Positions 44,794 through 57,231 of a DNA stretch of 64,000 nt are shown here, in pieces. Location: the NCBI GenBank assembly GCA_963830145.1, contig CAWHLI010000014.1, positions 8,400 through 72,399 on the forward strand, read 5' to 3'. This DNA comes from an uncultured Actinomycetota bacterium (GTDB taxonomy: Bacteria > Actinomycetota > Actinomycetes > Propionibacteriales > Nocardioidaceae). The position numbers and the translations under genes were made by a program. Positions within the stretch are counted from its first letter, which is position 1; every line of letters begins with the position of its first letter. The notes below the pieces were generated by a model. It saw only the letters and a list, made by a program, of their open reading frames with translations. It did no database searches and was not told the origin of the DNA.

Positions 44794-46197
44794 TCAGCCC
44801 TGGATCCGGGCAAATGGAACGGCCTCCTCGAGCTCGTAGGCGAGCTCGATCAGCGTGGCCTCGCGGCCGGCTGCGGCCCCGAACATCATCCCCTGCGGCA
44901 GCCCGCTGGCGGTGGTCGCGAGGGGCAGGGAGATGGCCGGGTCGCCGGTGGCGTTCTGGAGCGGCGTGAACGCGACCCAGTCGAGGATGCGGTCCATCAC
45001 GAGCTCGTAGTCGCGGGTCGGGTCGAGCCAGCCGACCTCGGGCGTCTCGGTCGCCAGCGTCGGCGTGAGCACCACGTCGTAGCCCTTGAAGAACTCGGCA
45101 GAGGCCCGGCTGCTGCGGCGGAGCCGGCGGATCGCGCCAGGCATCCGGTGCAGGCCGCGGCGCGCGTGCGCGGCCAGCCCGTGGCTCAGGCTGTCGAGGT
45201 TGCCGGGCTCCCACGACCGCCCGTGCATCCGTCGCCCGCTGCGCAGCAGGAAGAGCGCCAGGCTCGACCAGTAGAGGAGGAAGTCGTCGGGGAAGGTCGG
45301 CTCCACCGGCGCGTCCACCTGCTCGACGCGGTGGCCGAGCTCCTCGAGCACGGCGGCGACCTCGAGGGTCAGCTCGGTGACCTCCGGCGACGCACGGCGT
45401 CCGACGCCCTCGGTGGCGACGCCGATGCGCAGCCGGCCGCGGCCGGGACGGGTCAGGTCACCGATCGGCGGCAGGTGCAGGGCGCGGTAGACCTTCTCGG
45501 CCTCCCGGAAGAACGCCGCGGTGTCGCGGACGCTGCGGGTGACCACCCCGTCGCTGATGATCCGGACCGGCATCTGACGCATCACCGCGTCCTGGGCGAG
45601 CCGGTCGCGCGTCGGTTTGAGCCCGACCAGTCCGTTGACGGCCGCGGGGATCCGGATCGAGCCGCCCCCGTCGTTCGCGTGGGCGATCGGCACCACGCCC
45701 GCCGCCACCATCGCCGCGGAGCCGGCCGAGCTCGCACCGGCGGTGTGGTGGGTGTTCCACGGGCTGCGGACCGGCCCGATCCGCGGGTGCTCGGCACTCG
45801 GCGAGAAGCCGTACTCGCTCAGCTGGGTCTTGCCCAGCGGCACCAGCCCGGTGGCGAGGTACATGCGAGCGAAGTCGCCGTCGTGCTTCGCGGGCACCGG
45901 CGCCCATGCGTCGGCGCCGTTCATCGTCGCCAGCCCGGCCAGGTCGACGTTGTCCTTGACCCACGTCGGCACGCCGGCGAAGAACCCCGGCCGCGGCTCC
46001 CGCGCCTCGGCCCTCGCCTTGTCGAAGGTCTCCTGGGCGATCGCGTTCAGCTCGGGCTGCACGCCCTCGGCTCGCGCGATCGCGGCCTCGACCACCTCCG
46101 GGATCGACACCTCCCCCGCGTGCAGGGCCTCGACCAGCCCGACCGCGTCGTGGCTCCCGAGGGCGTCGTCGGTGAAGGCGTGGACTCTCTTCGTCAC
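44794..46197 (-). CDS. Amidase signature family protein
   Basis: GVPTWVKDN, GASSAGSA, DGGGSIRIPA. Confidence 0.9.
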   Translation of the reverse strand: MTKRVHAFTDDALGSHDAVGLVEALHAGEVSIPEVVEAAIARAEGVQPELNAIAQETFDKARAEAREPRPGFFAGVPTWVKDNVDLAGLATMNGADAWAPVPAKHDGDFARMYLATGLVPLGKTQLSEYGFSPSAEHPRIGPVRSPWNTHHTAGASSAGSAAMVAAGVVPIAHANDGGGSIRIPAAVNGLVGLKPTRDRLAQDAVMRQMPVRIISDGVVTRSVRDTAAFFREAEKVYRALHLPPIGDLTRPGRGRLRIGVATEGVGRRASPEVTELTLEVAAVLEELGHRVEQVDAPVEPTFPDDFLLYWSSLALFLLRSGRRMHGRSWEPGNLDSLSHGLAAHARRGLHRMPGAIRRLRRSSRASAEFFKGYDVVLTPTLATETPEVGWLDPTRDYELVMDRILDWVAFTPLQNATGDPAISLPLATTASGLPQGMMFGAAAGREATLIELAYELEEAVPFARIQG

Positions 46198-46281
46198 AGG
46201 TCCGAGTGTGCCGTGCGCGTTCACGGACACCGCGGAGGTCCGGCTGCTCCCGGCAGACGAGCTGCTCAACGACCTCTGTTT

Positions 46282-47667
<1,386 letters not shown>

Positions 47668-47720
47668 GTAGGAAAGACTTACCCGCAATTGGCAACGATG
47701 CCACCCAGGAGGAGTCTGCG

Positions 47721-49886
47721 ATGTCCGATCGAGTGACCGTCGGAGGGCTCCAGGTGGCCCCCGTGCTGCACGCGTTCGTGCGTGACGAGGCGCTGCCGGG
47801 CTCGGGTGTCGACGAGGCCGCCTTCTGGTCCGGCGTCGAGGCGATCCTCACCGACTTCGTCCCGCGCAACCGCGACCTGCTGGCCCGTCGCGAGGACCTC
47901 CAGAGGCAGCTCGACGAGTGGCACAGCGCGAACCCCGGACCGATCGCCGACCAGGACACCTACGTGGCCCTGCTGCGCGGGTTCGGCTATCTGGTCGACG
48001 AGCCCTCGGACTTCTCGATCACCACCGAGGGCGTGGACGACGAGGTCGCCGTCCAGGCCGGCCCGCAGCTCGTCGTACCGGTGCTCAACGCGCGGTTCGC
48101 CGCCAACGCCGCCAACGCGCGGTGGGGTTCGCTGTACGACGCGCTCTACGGCACTGACGTGATCTCCGAGGACGACGGGCGCGAGAAGGGCTCCTCGTAC
48201 AACCCGACCCGCGGGGCAGCGGTCGTCGCCTACGCGCGGGCCTTCCTGGACGAACACTTCCCGCTCGCGTCCGGCTCGCACGCCGACGCGACGGCGTACA
48301 CGATCGAGGACGGTGCGCTGACGCCGGCGCTGGCCGATCCGGCGCAGCTGGTCGGCTGGCGAGGCGAGCCGGAGGCCCCCGAGGGCGTGCTGCTGGTCCA
48401 CCACGGCCTGCACGTCGAGATCCAGGTCGACCGTGACCACCAGATCGGCAAGGACGACGCTGCCGGCGTCAAGGACCTGCTCATGGAGTCCGCGGTCTCG
48501 ACGATCATGGACCTCGAGGACTCGGTCGCCGCGGTCGACGCGGACGACAAGGTGGCGGGCTACCGCAACTGGCTGCTGCTCAACCAGGGCACGCTCACGG
48601 CCGAGGTCGCCAAGGGCGGGTCGACGTTCACCCGAGGACTCGAGGAGGACCGGCTCTACGACGGGCCGGGCGGTCAGAACGTGCTGCCGGGGCGGTCGCT
48701 CCTCTTCGTGCGCCAGGTCGGTCACCTGATGACCACCGACGCGGTCCTCTTCGACTCTGGTGAAGGCGCCGAGGAGATTCCCGAGGGGGTCCTCGACGCG
48801 GTCATGACCGCGGTCTGCAGCCTGGTCGACATCCAGGGCCGCAGCGAGCTGTCGAACTCGCGCACCGGATCGATGTACGCCGTGAAGCCCAAGATGCACG
48901 GTCCCGACGAGGTGAGGTTCACCGACGACCTGTTCGCGGCGGTCGAGGACCTGCTCGGGCTGGGCAGGGGCACGATCAAGCTCGGGATCATGGACGAGGA
49001 GCGGCGCACCTCGGCCAACCTCAAGGCCTGCATCCACGCCGCACGCGGCCGGGTCGCGTTCATCAACACCGGCTTCCTGGATCGCACCGGCGACGAGCTG
49101 CACACCTCGATGCTCGGCGGCGCGATGATCCGCAAGGGCGACATGAGGTCGACGGAGTGGATCAAGGCCTACGAGGACCAGAACGTCGACATCGGGCTCG
49201 CCTGCGGGCTCAAGGGCAAGGCGCAGATCGGCAAGGGCATGTGGGCGATGCCCGACGAGATGGCCGCCATGCTCGAGCAGAAGATCGGCCACCCGCAGGC
49301 CGGCGCCTCGTGCGCCTGGGTGCCGTCGCCGACGGCGGCGACGCTGCACGCGCTTCACTACCACCAGGTCGACGTCGCGGCCCGCCAGGACGAGATCGCG
49401 GCCGGTGGCCGGCGTACGACGGTCGAGGAGCTGCTCACCGTCCCGCTCGCTGCCGACACCGACTGGAGCGACGAGGACCGGACCGCCGAGATCGAGAACA
49501 ACCTGCAGGGCATCCTCGGCTACGTGAAGCGCTGGATCGACGACGGCGTCGGCTGCTCCAAGGTCCCCGACATCACCGGCACCGCGCTGATGGAGGACCG
49601 CGCCACCTGCCGGATCTCCTCCCAGCACGTCGCCAACTGGCTGCACCACGGCGTCGTGACGGCCGACGAGGTGGAGGCGGCGTTCCGCCGGATGGCCGAC
49701 GTGGTCGACGAGCAGCAGGGCTCCGAGGCGGGCTACCGGCCGATGGGTCCGTCCTACGACGGCGAGGCGTTCGCCGCCGCACACGACCTGGTCTTCGAGG
49801 GGCTCACCCAACCCTCGGGCTACACCGAGCCGATCCTGCACAGGCGCCGCCGAGCTTTGAAGGCGGCCCAGAAAGGCGAGTCATGA
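47721..49886 (+). CDS. glcB: Malate synthase G
   Basis: [49 protein letters not shown]. Confidence 0.97.
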   Translation: MSDRVTVGGLQVAPVLHAFVRDEALPGSGVDEAAFWSGVEAILTDFVPRNRDLLARREDLQRQLDEWHSANPGPIADQDTYVALLRGFGYLVDEPSDFSITTEGVDDEVAVQAGPQLVVPVLNARFAANAANARWGSLYDALYGTDVISEDDGREKGSSYNPTRGAAVVAYARAFLDEHFPLASGSHADATAYTIEDGALTPALADPAQLVGWRGEPEAPEGVLLVHHGLHVEIQVDRDHQIGKDDAAGVKDLLMESAVSTIMDLEDSVAAVDADDKVAGYRNWLLLNQGTLTAEVAKGGSTFTRGLEEDRLYDGPGGQNVLPGRSLLFVRQVGHLMTTDAVLFDSGEGAEEIPEGVLDAVMTAVCSLVDIQGRSELSNSRTGSMYAVKPKMHGPDEVRFTDDLFAAVEDLLGLGRGTIKLGIMDEERRTSANLKACIHAARGRVAFINTGFLDRTGDELHTSMLGGAMIRKGDMRSTEWIKAYEDQNVDIGLACGLKGKAQIGKGMWAMPDEMAAMLEQKIGHPQAGASCAWVPSPTAATLHALHYHQVDVAARQDEIAAGGRRTTVEELLTVPLAADTDWSDEDRTAEIENNLQGILGYVKRWIDDGVGCSKVPDITGTALMEDRATCRISSQHVANWLHHGVVTADEVEAAFRRMADVVDEQQGSEAGYRPMGPSYDGEAFAAAHDLVFEGLTQPSGYTEPILHRRRRALKAAQKGES

Positions 49887-50308
49887 CCCTGTCCCTCTCC
49901 CAGGCCCGCGCGATCATCGCCGGCACCCTGGCCGCCGGCAGCAACGCGTCGTTCAAGCCGCTGACCGTCGTCGTCCTCGACGCGGGCGGGCACGTGCTCG
50001 CCGCGGAGCGTGAGGACGGCTCGTCCAACAAGAGGTTCGAGGTCGCCTACGGCAAGGCCCACGGCGCGGTGTCGATGGGGATGGGCTCGCGGTCGCTGAT
50101 GGACCGCGCCGAGCAGCAGCCCTACTTCGTCGCCGCGGTCACCCACTCCGTCGGCGCGCTGGTGCCGGTGCCGGGCGGCGTGCTGGTCCGCGCGGCTGAC
50201 GGCACCCTGCTGGGCGCGGTCGGTGTCTCGGGCGACACCTCCGACCACGACGAAGAAGCCGCGCTCGCCGGGATCGACTCGGCCGGGCTGGTCGCTCAGG
50301 CCGACTGA
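49883..50308 (+). CDS. glcG: GlcG/HbpS-family heme-binding protein
   Basis: VVVLDAGGH...REDG...AYGKA...PGGV...GAVGVSG...DE; ATGA overlap with glcB. Confidence 0.85.
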   Translation: MTLSLSQARAIIAGTLAAGSNASFKPLTVVVLDAGGHVLAAEREDGSSNKRFEVAYGKAHGAVSMGMGSRSLMDRAEQQPYFVAAVTHSVGALVPVPGGVLVRAADGTLLGAVGVSGDTSDHDEEAALAGIDSAGLVAQAD

Positions 50309-50874
50309 CCCCTGCGGAAGCAGCCCACCAGGTGGGGGTCGAAGACGCCGATCGCCTCCATCAGCGCGAACATCGTGGTCGGGCCGACGAAGGCGAAGCC
50401 GCGCTTCTTGAGCGCCTTGGACAGCGCCAGCGACTCGGGCGAGGTCGTCTGCATCTCCTCGGTCGTCTTCGGCGCCGGAGGCTTCTCGGGGGCGAACGAC
50501 AACACGAACGCCTCCAGGCCCTCGGCGTCCCGGAGGGCGACGGTGGCGCGGGCGTTGACCACCGCGGCCGAGATCTTGGCGCGGTTGCGGACGATCCGTG
50601 CGTCCTGCATGAGCCGCGCCTCGTCGTCCTCGCCGAACGCGGCGATCGCCTCGGCGTCGAAGCCGTCGAACACCTCGCGGAACGCATCGCGCTTGTTGAG
50701 GATCGTCGACCACGACAGCCCCGACTGGAACGCCTCGAGGGTGAGCCGCTCGAGGTAGGCGGACTCGCCGCGCACGCGGTTGCCCCACTCGGTGTCGTGG
50801 TAGTCGCGCATCACACCCGCACCGCTGCCCCACGGGCAGCGCGCGACACCGTCCTCACCCACCACCGGACCCAT
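50296..50874 (-). CDS. tag: DNA-3-methyladenine glycosylase I
   Basis: RCPW, YHDTEWG, LEAFQSGLSW, IVRNRAKI, FVGPTT, HL..C. Confidence 0.93.
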   Translation of the reverse strand: MGPVVGEDGVARCPWGSGAGVMRDYHDTEWGNRVRGESAYLERLTLEAFQSGLSWSTILNKRDAFREVFDGFDAEAIAAFGEDDEARLMQDARIVRNRAKISAAVVNARATVALRDAEGLEAFVLSFAPEKPPAPKTTEEMQTTSPESLALSKALKKRGFAFVGPTTMFALMEAIGVFDPHLVGCFRRGQSA

Positions 50875-50907
50875 GCAAGACATCCTGACGCACGGCACCG
50901 ACAGAGA

Positions 50908-51873
50908 TCAGCGGCGCTCTCTCAGCCGGGCGTTGGGCAGCTCGGGTGCGGGGATCGGCGGCAGCTCGTCGCCCACGGGGATGCCGAACCGACCGTCGGC
51001 GTACCCACCCTCGGCGAGCTGCGCCATCCAGTCGTCGCGAAAGCCGACGACCTCCTCGTGGGTGCGGCCGACGAAGTTCCACCACATCACGATCGCCTCG
51101 CCGAAGGGCGGGCCACCGAGGAGCAGCACCCGCGCGTCGGCCACGGCCTCGATCGTCAGCCGCTGGGAGCCGGGCGGCAGGTAGGCCAGCTCGTGCTGCT
51201 TGGTCTCGACGCCGCCGAGGGCGACGACACCGGTGTCGACCAGCACACCGTGCTCGAACGCCGCGTCCACGTCGAGGTGCAGCTCGGTGCCCGCGCCCAG
51301 CAACAGCTCGACGCCGAGCAGCGGCGTGGCGGTCGCGACCGGCGAGGTGTCGCCGAGCAGCGAGCCGAGGAAGACACGCGCCTCCCAGCCCTCACCGGTC
51401 AGCGCTGCGGGCGCGTAGTGCTCGAACGCCGGGGCGCCGTCGCGGGCCGCCTCCGGAAGGGCCACCCAGAGCTGGGCGCCGTGCAGGACCGTCGTGGAGG
51501 GCGGCGAGACCTCGGAGTGGCTGATGCCGTGGCCGGCGGTCATGAGGTTGAGCTCGCCGGGCCTGACCACGGCGTGGTGGCCGGCGCTGTCGCGATGCTC
51601 GACCTCGCCGGTGAACAGCCACGACACGGTCTGCAGCCCGGTGTGCGGGTGCGGCGGCACGGACATGCCGCCGGAGTCGGCGACCTGATCGGGGCCGTAG
51701 TGGTCGAGGAAGCACCATGCGCCGATCAGCGAGCGCCCGCGCTGCGGCAGGGTGCGTCGTACGGTCATGGCCCGCGGCCCGCCGAGGGGCACGTCACGAG
51801 GCGTCATCACCTCGATACCGCTGCGAGACGCCTCGCACACGAGCTCGTCGGGGTCGTCCTCGAGGTTGCTCAC
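50908..51873 (-). CDS. Pirin family protein
   Basis: CFLDHYGP, PHPHTGLQTVSW, MTAGHGISHSE, WWNFV. Confidence 0.92.
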   Translation of the reverse strand: MSNLEDDPDELVCEASRSGIEVMTPRDVPLGGPRAMTVRRTLPQRGRSLIGAWCFLDHYGPDQVADSGGMSVPPHPHTGLQTVSWLFTGEVEHRDSAGHHAVVRPGELNLMTAGHGISHSEVSPPSTTVLHGAQLWVALPEAARDGAPAFEHYAPAALTGEGWEARVFLGSLLGDTSPVATATPLLGVELLLGAGTELHLDVDAAFEHGVLVDTGVVALGGVETKQHELAYLPPGSQRLTIEAVADARVLLLGGPPFGEAIVMWWNFVGRTHEEVVGFRDDWMAQLAEGGYADGRFGIPVGDELPPIPAPELPNARLRERR

Positions 51874-51888
51874 GACGACCAGTCTGGC

Positions 51889-54249
51889 TCAGCTCTGGTG
51901 GATCGGGTCCGTGGCTCGCTTGTGGCCGACCTCGTGGCCCGCGCCGTGCTTGATCACGCCAGTACGCCGCCCCGCGGGCTCCTCGAGCCGGATGATCACC
52001 GACTTGGAGGTCGGGGTGTTGCTGCCCTCGGCCTTGGAGTCGAGCGGGACCAGCGGGTTGGTCTCCGGGTAGTAGGCGGCCGCGCAGCCGCGCGGCTGGT
52101 CGTAGGCCACGATCCGGAAGTCGGTCGCGGCCCGCTCCGAGCCGTCGTGCCAGACGCTGATGAGGTCGACGTGGTCGCCGTCCTTCCAGCCGAGGTGGCC
52201 GATGTCGTCGGGGTGCACGAAGACCACGCGGCGGCCGTTCTTGATGCCGCGGTAGCGGTCGTCGAGGCCGTAGATCGTGGTGTTGAACTGGTCGTGCGAC
52301 CGGAGCGTCTGCAGCAGCAGGTGCCCTTCCGCCACCTCCAGCACCTCGAGCGGGCTGGCCGAGAAGATGGCCTTCCCCGTCCCGGTCGGGAACTCGCGGC
52401 TGTCGCGGGGCGGGTGCGGGAGCGTGAACCCGCCGGGCTGCTCCACCTTCTCGTCGTACGACGCGCAGCCGGGCACGACCCGCGCGATCCGCTTCCGGAT
52501 GGTCGCGTAGTCGTCGCGGAAGGCGCCCCAGGGGATGTCGTGCTCGCTGCCGAGGGTGGCCAGCGCGAGCGAGCAGACGATGTCGACCTCGGAGCGCAGG
52601 TGCTCGGAGGCCGGGTCGAGCGGGCCCTTCGAGGCGTGCACGGCGGACATCGAGTCCTCGACCGTCACCCGCTGCTCGCGGCCGCCGGTGCGGTCCCTCT
52701 CGCTGCGGCCGAGCGCGGGGAGGATCAGCGCGGTCCGGCCGTGGACGACGTGGGAGCGGTTCAGCTTGGTCGAGACGTGCACGGTCAGCGCGGCCTGGCG
52801 CATCGCCTGCTCGGTGACGTCGGTGTCGGACACCGCCGACACGAAGTTGCCGCCCATCGCGAAGAAGACCCTGGCGCGGCCGTCGGCCAGCGCCTTCACC
52901 GAGTCGACCGTGTCGAGGCCGTGCTCGCGGGGTGGCTCGAAGTGGAACTCGTCGCGCAGGGCGTCGAGGAACTCCGGCTTGGGCCGCTCCCAGATGCCCA
53001 TGGTCCGGTCGCCCTGCACGTTGGAGTGGCCACGGACCGGGCAGAGACCCGCACCCGGCTTGCCGATGCTGCCCTGGAGGAACGCGACGTTGGCGATCTC
53101 CTTGATCGTGGCCACCGAGTTGCGGTGCTGCGTCAGCCCCATCGCCCAGCAGATGACCGTGCGCGAGGAGTCGCGGAACAGCGCCGCGCACTCCTCGATC
53201 TGCTCACGGGTCAGGCCGGTCGCGGCGAGGACCTTGTCCCAGTCGAGCCCCTTCACGTGCGCGGCGTACTCGTCGAAGCCGCTGGTGAACCGCTGCACGA
53301 AGTCGTGGTCGACGGCGTCCCACTCGAGCAGCAGCGCCCCGATGGCCTGGAACAGCGCGAGGTCGCCGTTCACCCGGATCGGCAGGTGCAGGTCGGCCAG
53401 CGCGGTGCCTCGGCCGATGACGCCCTTCGGCGTCTGGGGGTTCTTGAAGCGGACCAGCCCGGCCTCGCGCAGCGGGTTGATCGAGACGATCTTCGCGCCG
53501 TTCTTCTTGGCGATCTCGAGCGCGGAGAGCATCCGGGGATGGTTGGTGCCGGGGTTCTGGCCGGCGATCACGATCAGCTCGGCCTGGTGCACGTCGTCGA
53601 GGGTGACCGAGCCCTTGCCGATGCCGATCACCTCGGCCAGCGCCACCGACGTCGACTCGTGGCACATGTTGGAGCAGTCGGGCATGTTGTTCGTGCCGAA
53701 GGCACGGGCGAACAGCTGGTAGACGAACGCCGCCTCGTTGGACGTCTTCCCTGAGGTGTAGAAGATCGCCTCGTCGGGGCTGGCGAGCTCGCGCAGCTGG
53801 TCGGCGACGAGCGCGAACGCGTCGTCCCAGTCGATCGGCTCGTAGTGGGTGGCCCCGGGGCGCAGCACCATCGGCTCGACGATCCGACCCTGCTGGCCCA
53901 GCCAGTAGTCGGTCTTGTCGTCGAGCTCGGACAGCGGGTGGGCCGCGAAGAACTCCCGGCCGATGTGCCGCCTGGTCGCCTCCTCGGTCACCGCCTTGGC
54001 GCCGTTCTCGCAGAACTCCGCGGTGTGCCGGTGCTCCGGGGAGGGGTCCGGCCAGGCGCAGCCCTGGCAGTCGAAGCCGTCGACCTGGTTGAGCTTGAGG
54101 AGGGTCTTCGTCGCCCGGCGCACACCCATCTGCTCGATCGCGCGCTTCATCGACACCGCCACCGCGGTCGCACCGGCCGCGTGGTCCTTGGCGTGCCTGA
54201 CGGACAGGTCGGTCTCGTCGATGTCCTGGCGCGGCGCCTTCCGGCTCAT
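51889..54249 (-). CDS. FdhF/YdeP-family molybdopterin oxidoreductase
   Basis: GFDCQGCAWPDP, EFCENG, PDCSNMCHES, RGHSNVQG, RSHDQFNTT. Confidence 0.92.
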   Translation of the reverse strand: MSRKAPRQDIDETDLSVRHAKDHAAGATAVAVSMKRAIEQMGVRRATKTLLKLNQVDGFDCQGCAWPDPSPEHRHTAEFCENGAKAVTEEATRRHIGREFFAAHPLSELDDKTDYWLGQQGRIVEPMVLRPGATHYEPIDWDDAFALVADQLRELASPDEAIFYTSGKTSNEAAFVYQLFARAFGTNNMPDCSNMCHESTSVALAEVIGIGKGSVTLDDVHQAELIVIAGQNPGTNHPRMLSALEIAKKNGAKIVSINPLREAGLVRFKNPQTPKGVIGRGTALADLHLPIRVNGDLALFQAIGALLLEWDAVDHDFVQRFTSGFDEYAAHVKGLDWDKVLAATGLTREQIEECAALFRDSSRTVICWAMGLTQHRNSVATIKEIANVAFLQGSIGKPGAGLCPVRGHSNVQGDRTMGIWERPKPEFLDALRDEFHFEPPREHGLDTVDSVKALADGRARVFFAMGGNFVSAVSDTDVTEQAMRQAALTVHVSTKLNRSHVVHGRTALILPALGRSERDRTGGREQRVTVEDSMSAVHASKGPLDPASEHLRSEVDIVCSLALATLGSEHDIPWGAFRDDYATIRKRIARVVPGCASYDEKVEQPGGFTLPHPPRDSREFPTGTGKAIFSASPLEVLEVAEGHLLLQTLRSHDQFNTTIYGLDDRYRGIKNGRRVVFVHPDDIGHLGWKDGDHVDLISVWHDGSERAATDFRIVAYDQPRGCAAAYYPETNPLVPLDSKAEGSNTPTSKSVIIRLEEPAGRRTGVIKHGAGHEVGHKRATDPIHQS

Positions 54250-54458
54250 GCCCACATCCTCACTGTTCCTCCTCGTCGGATCCCGCCCGGGGCCGTCAAG
54301 AGCGCCACGGCACGCTCCGCCCGGTCACGTCAAGGTCCTGCCATGAGCCCCGCGTAGGGGCTATGTTCGGCCCGATCGCAACGTGGCACGGAACCTGTCC
54401 GTCGGACCGGCGTCCAATCCCCGTCGCCTACACCGGTACCCATGAAGGAGCAACCTGC

Positions 54459-55124
54459 ATGAGCAGCACAGAGCCTCCCACCGGGTCGGTCCCGCCTCCT
54501 GGCGAGCCGACTCCTCCCCCGCCCCCCGTCACGCCGGCCAACCCCGCGACGGTGCCGCCGCCGGACCAGTCGATGGCTCCCCCGCCTCCCCCGCCCCCGG
54601 CCAACTACGGCGCGCCCGCTCCAGGAGCGCCCGGCGCCCCTGTGGCCGGCGCCTACGGCCCCGGCGCGCCGGGCAACCTGCTGGACCGCTTCCTGGCCCG
54701 GTTCATCGACGGCATCCTGATCGGCATCGTGGCGGTCATCATCAACGTCGTCCTGGCAGTCGTCTCGGACTCGTTCATCCTGACCGGCGTGATCTCCTCG
54801 ATCGTCACCGCGGTGCTCTACCTCGGGTACTTCGCCTACCTCGAGTCCACCAAGGGTCAGACCCTCGGGAAGCAGATCATGAAGCTCAAGGTGGTGGGTC
54901 CCGACGGAGTCAACGTCCCGACCATGGAGCAGGCCGTCCGTCGCAACATCTGGACCGCCTTCGGCATCGCCGGGGTGATCCCGATCCTCGGCTCCCTCCT
55001 CGGTGGGCTCGCCGGGCTCGCCGCCGTCATCCTGATCGCTGTCGGGATCAACGGCGACACCGTCAACCGGCAGCACTGGTTCGACAAGTTCGCCGGCGGC
55101 ACCAAGGTGCTGAAGGTCGGCTGA
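54459..55124 (+). CDS. RDD family membrane protein
   Basis: Pro-rich N-terminus; RFLARFID, GQTLGK, D..AGTKV. Confidence 0.85.
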   Translation: MSSTEPPTGSVPPPGEPTPPPPPVTPANPATVPPPDQSMAPPPPPPPANYGAPAPGAPGAPVAGAYGPGAPGNLLDRFLARFIDGILIGIVAVIINVVLAVVSDSFILTGVISSIVTAVLYLGYFAYLESTKGQTLGKQIMKLKVVGPDGVNVPTMEQAVRRNIWTAFGIAGVIPILGSLLGGLAGLAAVILIAVGINGDTVNRQHWFDKFAGGTKVLKVG

Positions 55125-55149
55125 CCGTCAGCAACTGACACAGCTCGTC

Positions 55150-55182
55150 GCTGACCCGCCCGTTCTGTACGGGCGGGTCAGC
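55150..55182. terminator. Bidirectional hairpin between convergent RDD gene and hmgA
   Basis: GCTGACCCGCCCGT / ACGGGCGGGTCAGC perfect 14-bp stem. Confidence 0.75.
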
Positions 55183-55183
55183 G

Positions 55184-56394
55184 TCATTTCAGCTGTTGGA
55201 GAAGACCGCGGGGTCGCTCGGGCCCGCGGCCGGCCCACGTCCAGGCGTACGCCGGGTCGTCGACCGCCAGCCCGCCCTCACCGAGGTCGAGGGGGGCGAA
55301 GGTGTCGACCATGACGGCCGACTCCTCGAAGTAGTCGACGCCGAGCGAGGCCTCGATCGACGAGGGCTGCGGCCCGTGGGCGAAGCCGCCGGGATGCAGC
55401 GAGATCGAACCCAGCCCGATGCCCGAGCCCTTGCGCGCCTCGTAGTCGCCGCCGACGTAGAACATGACCTCGTCGCTGTCGACGTTGGAGTGGTAGTAGG
55501 GCACCGGGATCGCGAGCTCGTGGTAGTCGACCTTGCGGGGCAGGAAGTTGCAGACCACGAAGTTGTGGCCCTCGAAGACCTGGTGCACCGGCGGCGGCTG
55601 GTGGATCTTGCCGGTGATCGGCATGTAGTCGTCGATGTTGAACGTGTAGGGGTAGAGGCAGCCGTCCCAGCCGACCACGTCGAACGGGTGGGTCGCATAC
55701 GTCATCCGGGTGCCGACGATCCCCGCGCTGGTCCGGTGCTTGACCAGCACCTCGACGTCCTCGCCTTCCTGGAGGAAGGTCTCGGTCGGGCCGTGCAGGT
55801 CGCGCTCGCAGTACGGCGCGTGCTCGAGCAGCTGGCCGTAGCGAGAGAGGTAGCGCTTCGGCGGCGCGACGTGGCTGTTGGCCTCGATCGCGTAGAGCTG
55901 GCTCGGCTCGGACGGCACCCAGCGGTGGGTGGTCGCGCGAGGGATGACGACGTAGTCGCCCGTGCGGTAGCTCAGCACTCCGAGCACCGTCTCGACGGTG
56001 CCGCTGCCGGACTCGACGTACACGCACTCGTCGCCGATCGCGTTGCGGTAGTACGCCGACGGGTCGGCCCCGCTCACGACGTAGGCGATCCGGACGTCGT
56101 TGTTGCCCAGCACCAGCCGCCGGTCGGTCACCGCGTCGGTGCCGGTGGTCGAGCTCGTGCAGCTTGAGGTGCATCGGCTTGAGCGGGTGGTTGGGCGTGC
56201 GGGTCTGGTCGGGCAGCTCCCAGATCTCGCTGCGCGACGATCGCCGACGGCACGCCCCGGTGGTAGAGCAGCGAGGAGTCGGAGGAGAACCCCTCCTCGC
56301 CCATCAGCTCCTCGCGGTAGAGGTTGCCGTCGGGGTCGCGGTGCTGGGTGTGCCGCTTCGGCGGGATGTCGCCCAGTGCCCGGTAGTGCGCCAT
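55184..56394 (-). CDS. hmgA: Homogentisate 1,2-dioxygenase (2-3 apparent frameshifts)
   Basis: EELMGEEGFSSDSSLLYH, HPFDVVGWDG, PYYHSNVDSDEV, HPGGFAHGP across adjacent frames. Confidence 0.85.
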
Positions 56395-56412
56395 GCCGCC
56401 TAAGTTAGTCCC
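56395..56412. promoter_or_regulatory. Overlapping bidirectional -10 elements in an 18-bp gap
   Basis: TAAGTT (+) 6 nt before GTG 56413 and TAACTT (-) 7 nt before ATG 56394. Confidence 0.6.
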
Positions 56413-57231
56413 GTGCCACTCGACGATGCGTGGGCCGGCCTGGTCGACGATGCAGCGATCTTCCCGCCCGGCGACGCGCCCCTCCACGAGGCCACCGCGG
56501 CGTACGGCGCCCGCACGGCGGGGGAGGGCGCCGAGCTGGTCGGCACCTTCGTCCTCAAGGACACCGACCTGCCGCTCGTCCGCGGCTTCGGCGGCCCGCT
56601 GTCGGTGGTGGTCACCGGCGGCGCGGGTCAGCTGGCCGGGCCGGTCGGGCTGTGCGCCAGGCTGGGGCTCGACCTGGCCGGCCTCGAGATCGCTGTCCGC
56701 GACCTCGACGACCCGGCGGGCAACGTGCGACGGGTGGTGGCCGCGCTGCGGGACGTCGAGACGGACGTCCCGGTGCACGTCGAGCTCCCCCACGTCGCCC
56801 ACAGCGCCTCGTGGTTCGCCGCGGCCGACGAGGTGGCCGCGGCCGAGCTGCGGCTGAAGTTCCGCACCGGCGGCCTCGACGCCTCGGCCTTCCCCGCCGC
56901 CCACGCGCTGGCGCGGTGGATCGACGCGGCGCTCGACCGGGAGACGCCGTTCAAGTGCACCGCCGGGCTGCACAACGCCGTCCGCCACACAGGCGAGGAC
57001 GGCTTCGAGCACCACGGCTTCCTCAACGTGCTGGTCGCGACCCGGATGCTCTTCGACGGCGCCACCGTCGACGATGCCGTCATGGTGCTGGAGCAGCGCG
57101 ACGGGGCGACGCTCGTCGAGGCGGCCCGCGAGCTCGACCTCGCCGGCGCCCGCCGCTGGTTCACGTCGTTCGGCTCCTGCTCGGTCGCCGAGCCGCTGGC
57201 CGACCTCAGGACGCTGGGACTCGTCGCATGA
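56413..57231 (+). CDS. Conserved hypothetical protein upstream of fahA
   Basis: LVDDAAIFPPG, KFRTGG, FKCTAGLHNA, HGFLN, FGSCS; ATGA-coupled to fahA. Confidence 0.75.
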   Translation: MPLDDAWAGLVDDAAIFPPGDAPLHEATAAYGARTAGEGAELVGTFVLKDTDLPLVRGFGGPLSVVVTGGAGQLAGPVGLCARLGLDLAGLEIAVRDLDDPAGNVRRVVAALRDVETDVPVHVELPHVAHSASWFAAADEVAAAELRLKFRTGGLDASAFPAAHALARWIDAALDRETPFKCTAGLHNAVRHTGEDGFEHHGFLNVLVATRMLFDGATVDDAVMVLEQRDGATLVEAARELDLAGARRWFTSFGSCSVAEPLADLRTLGLVA

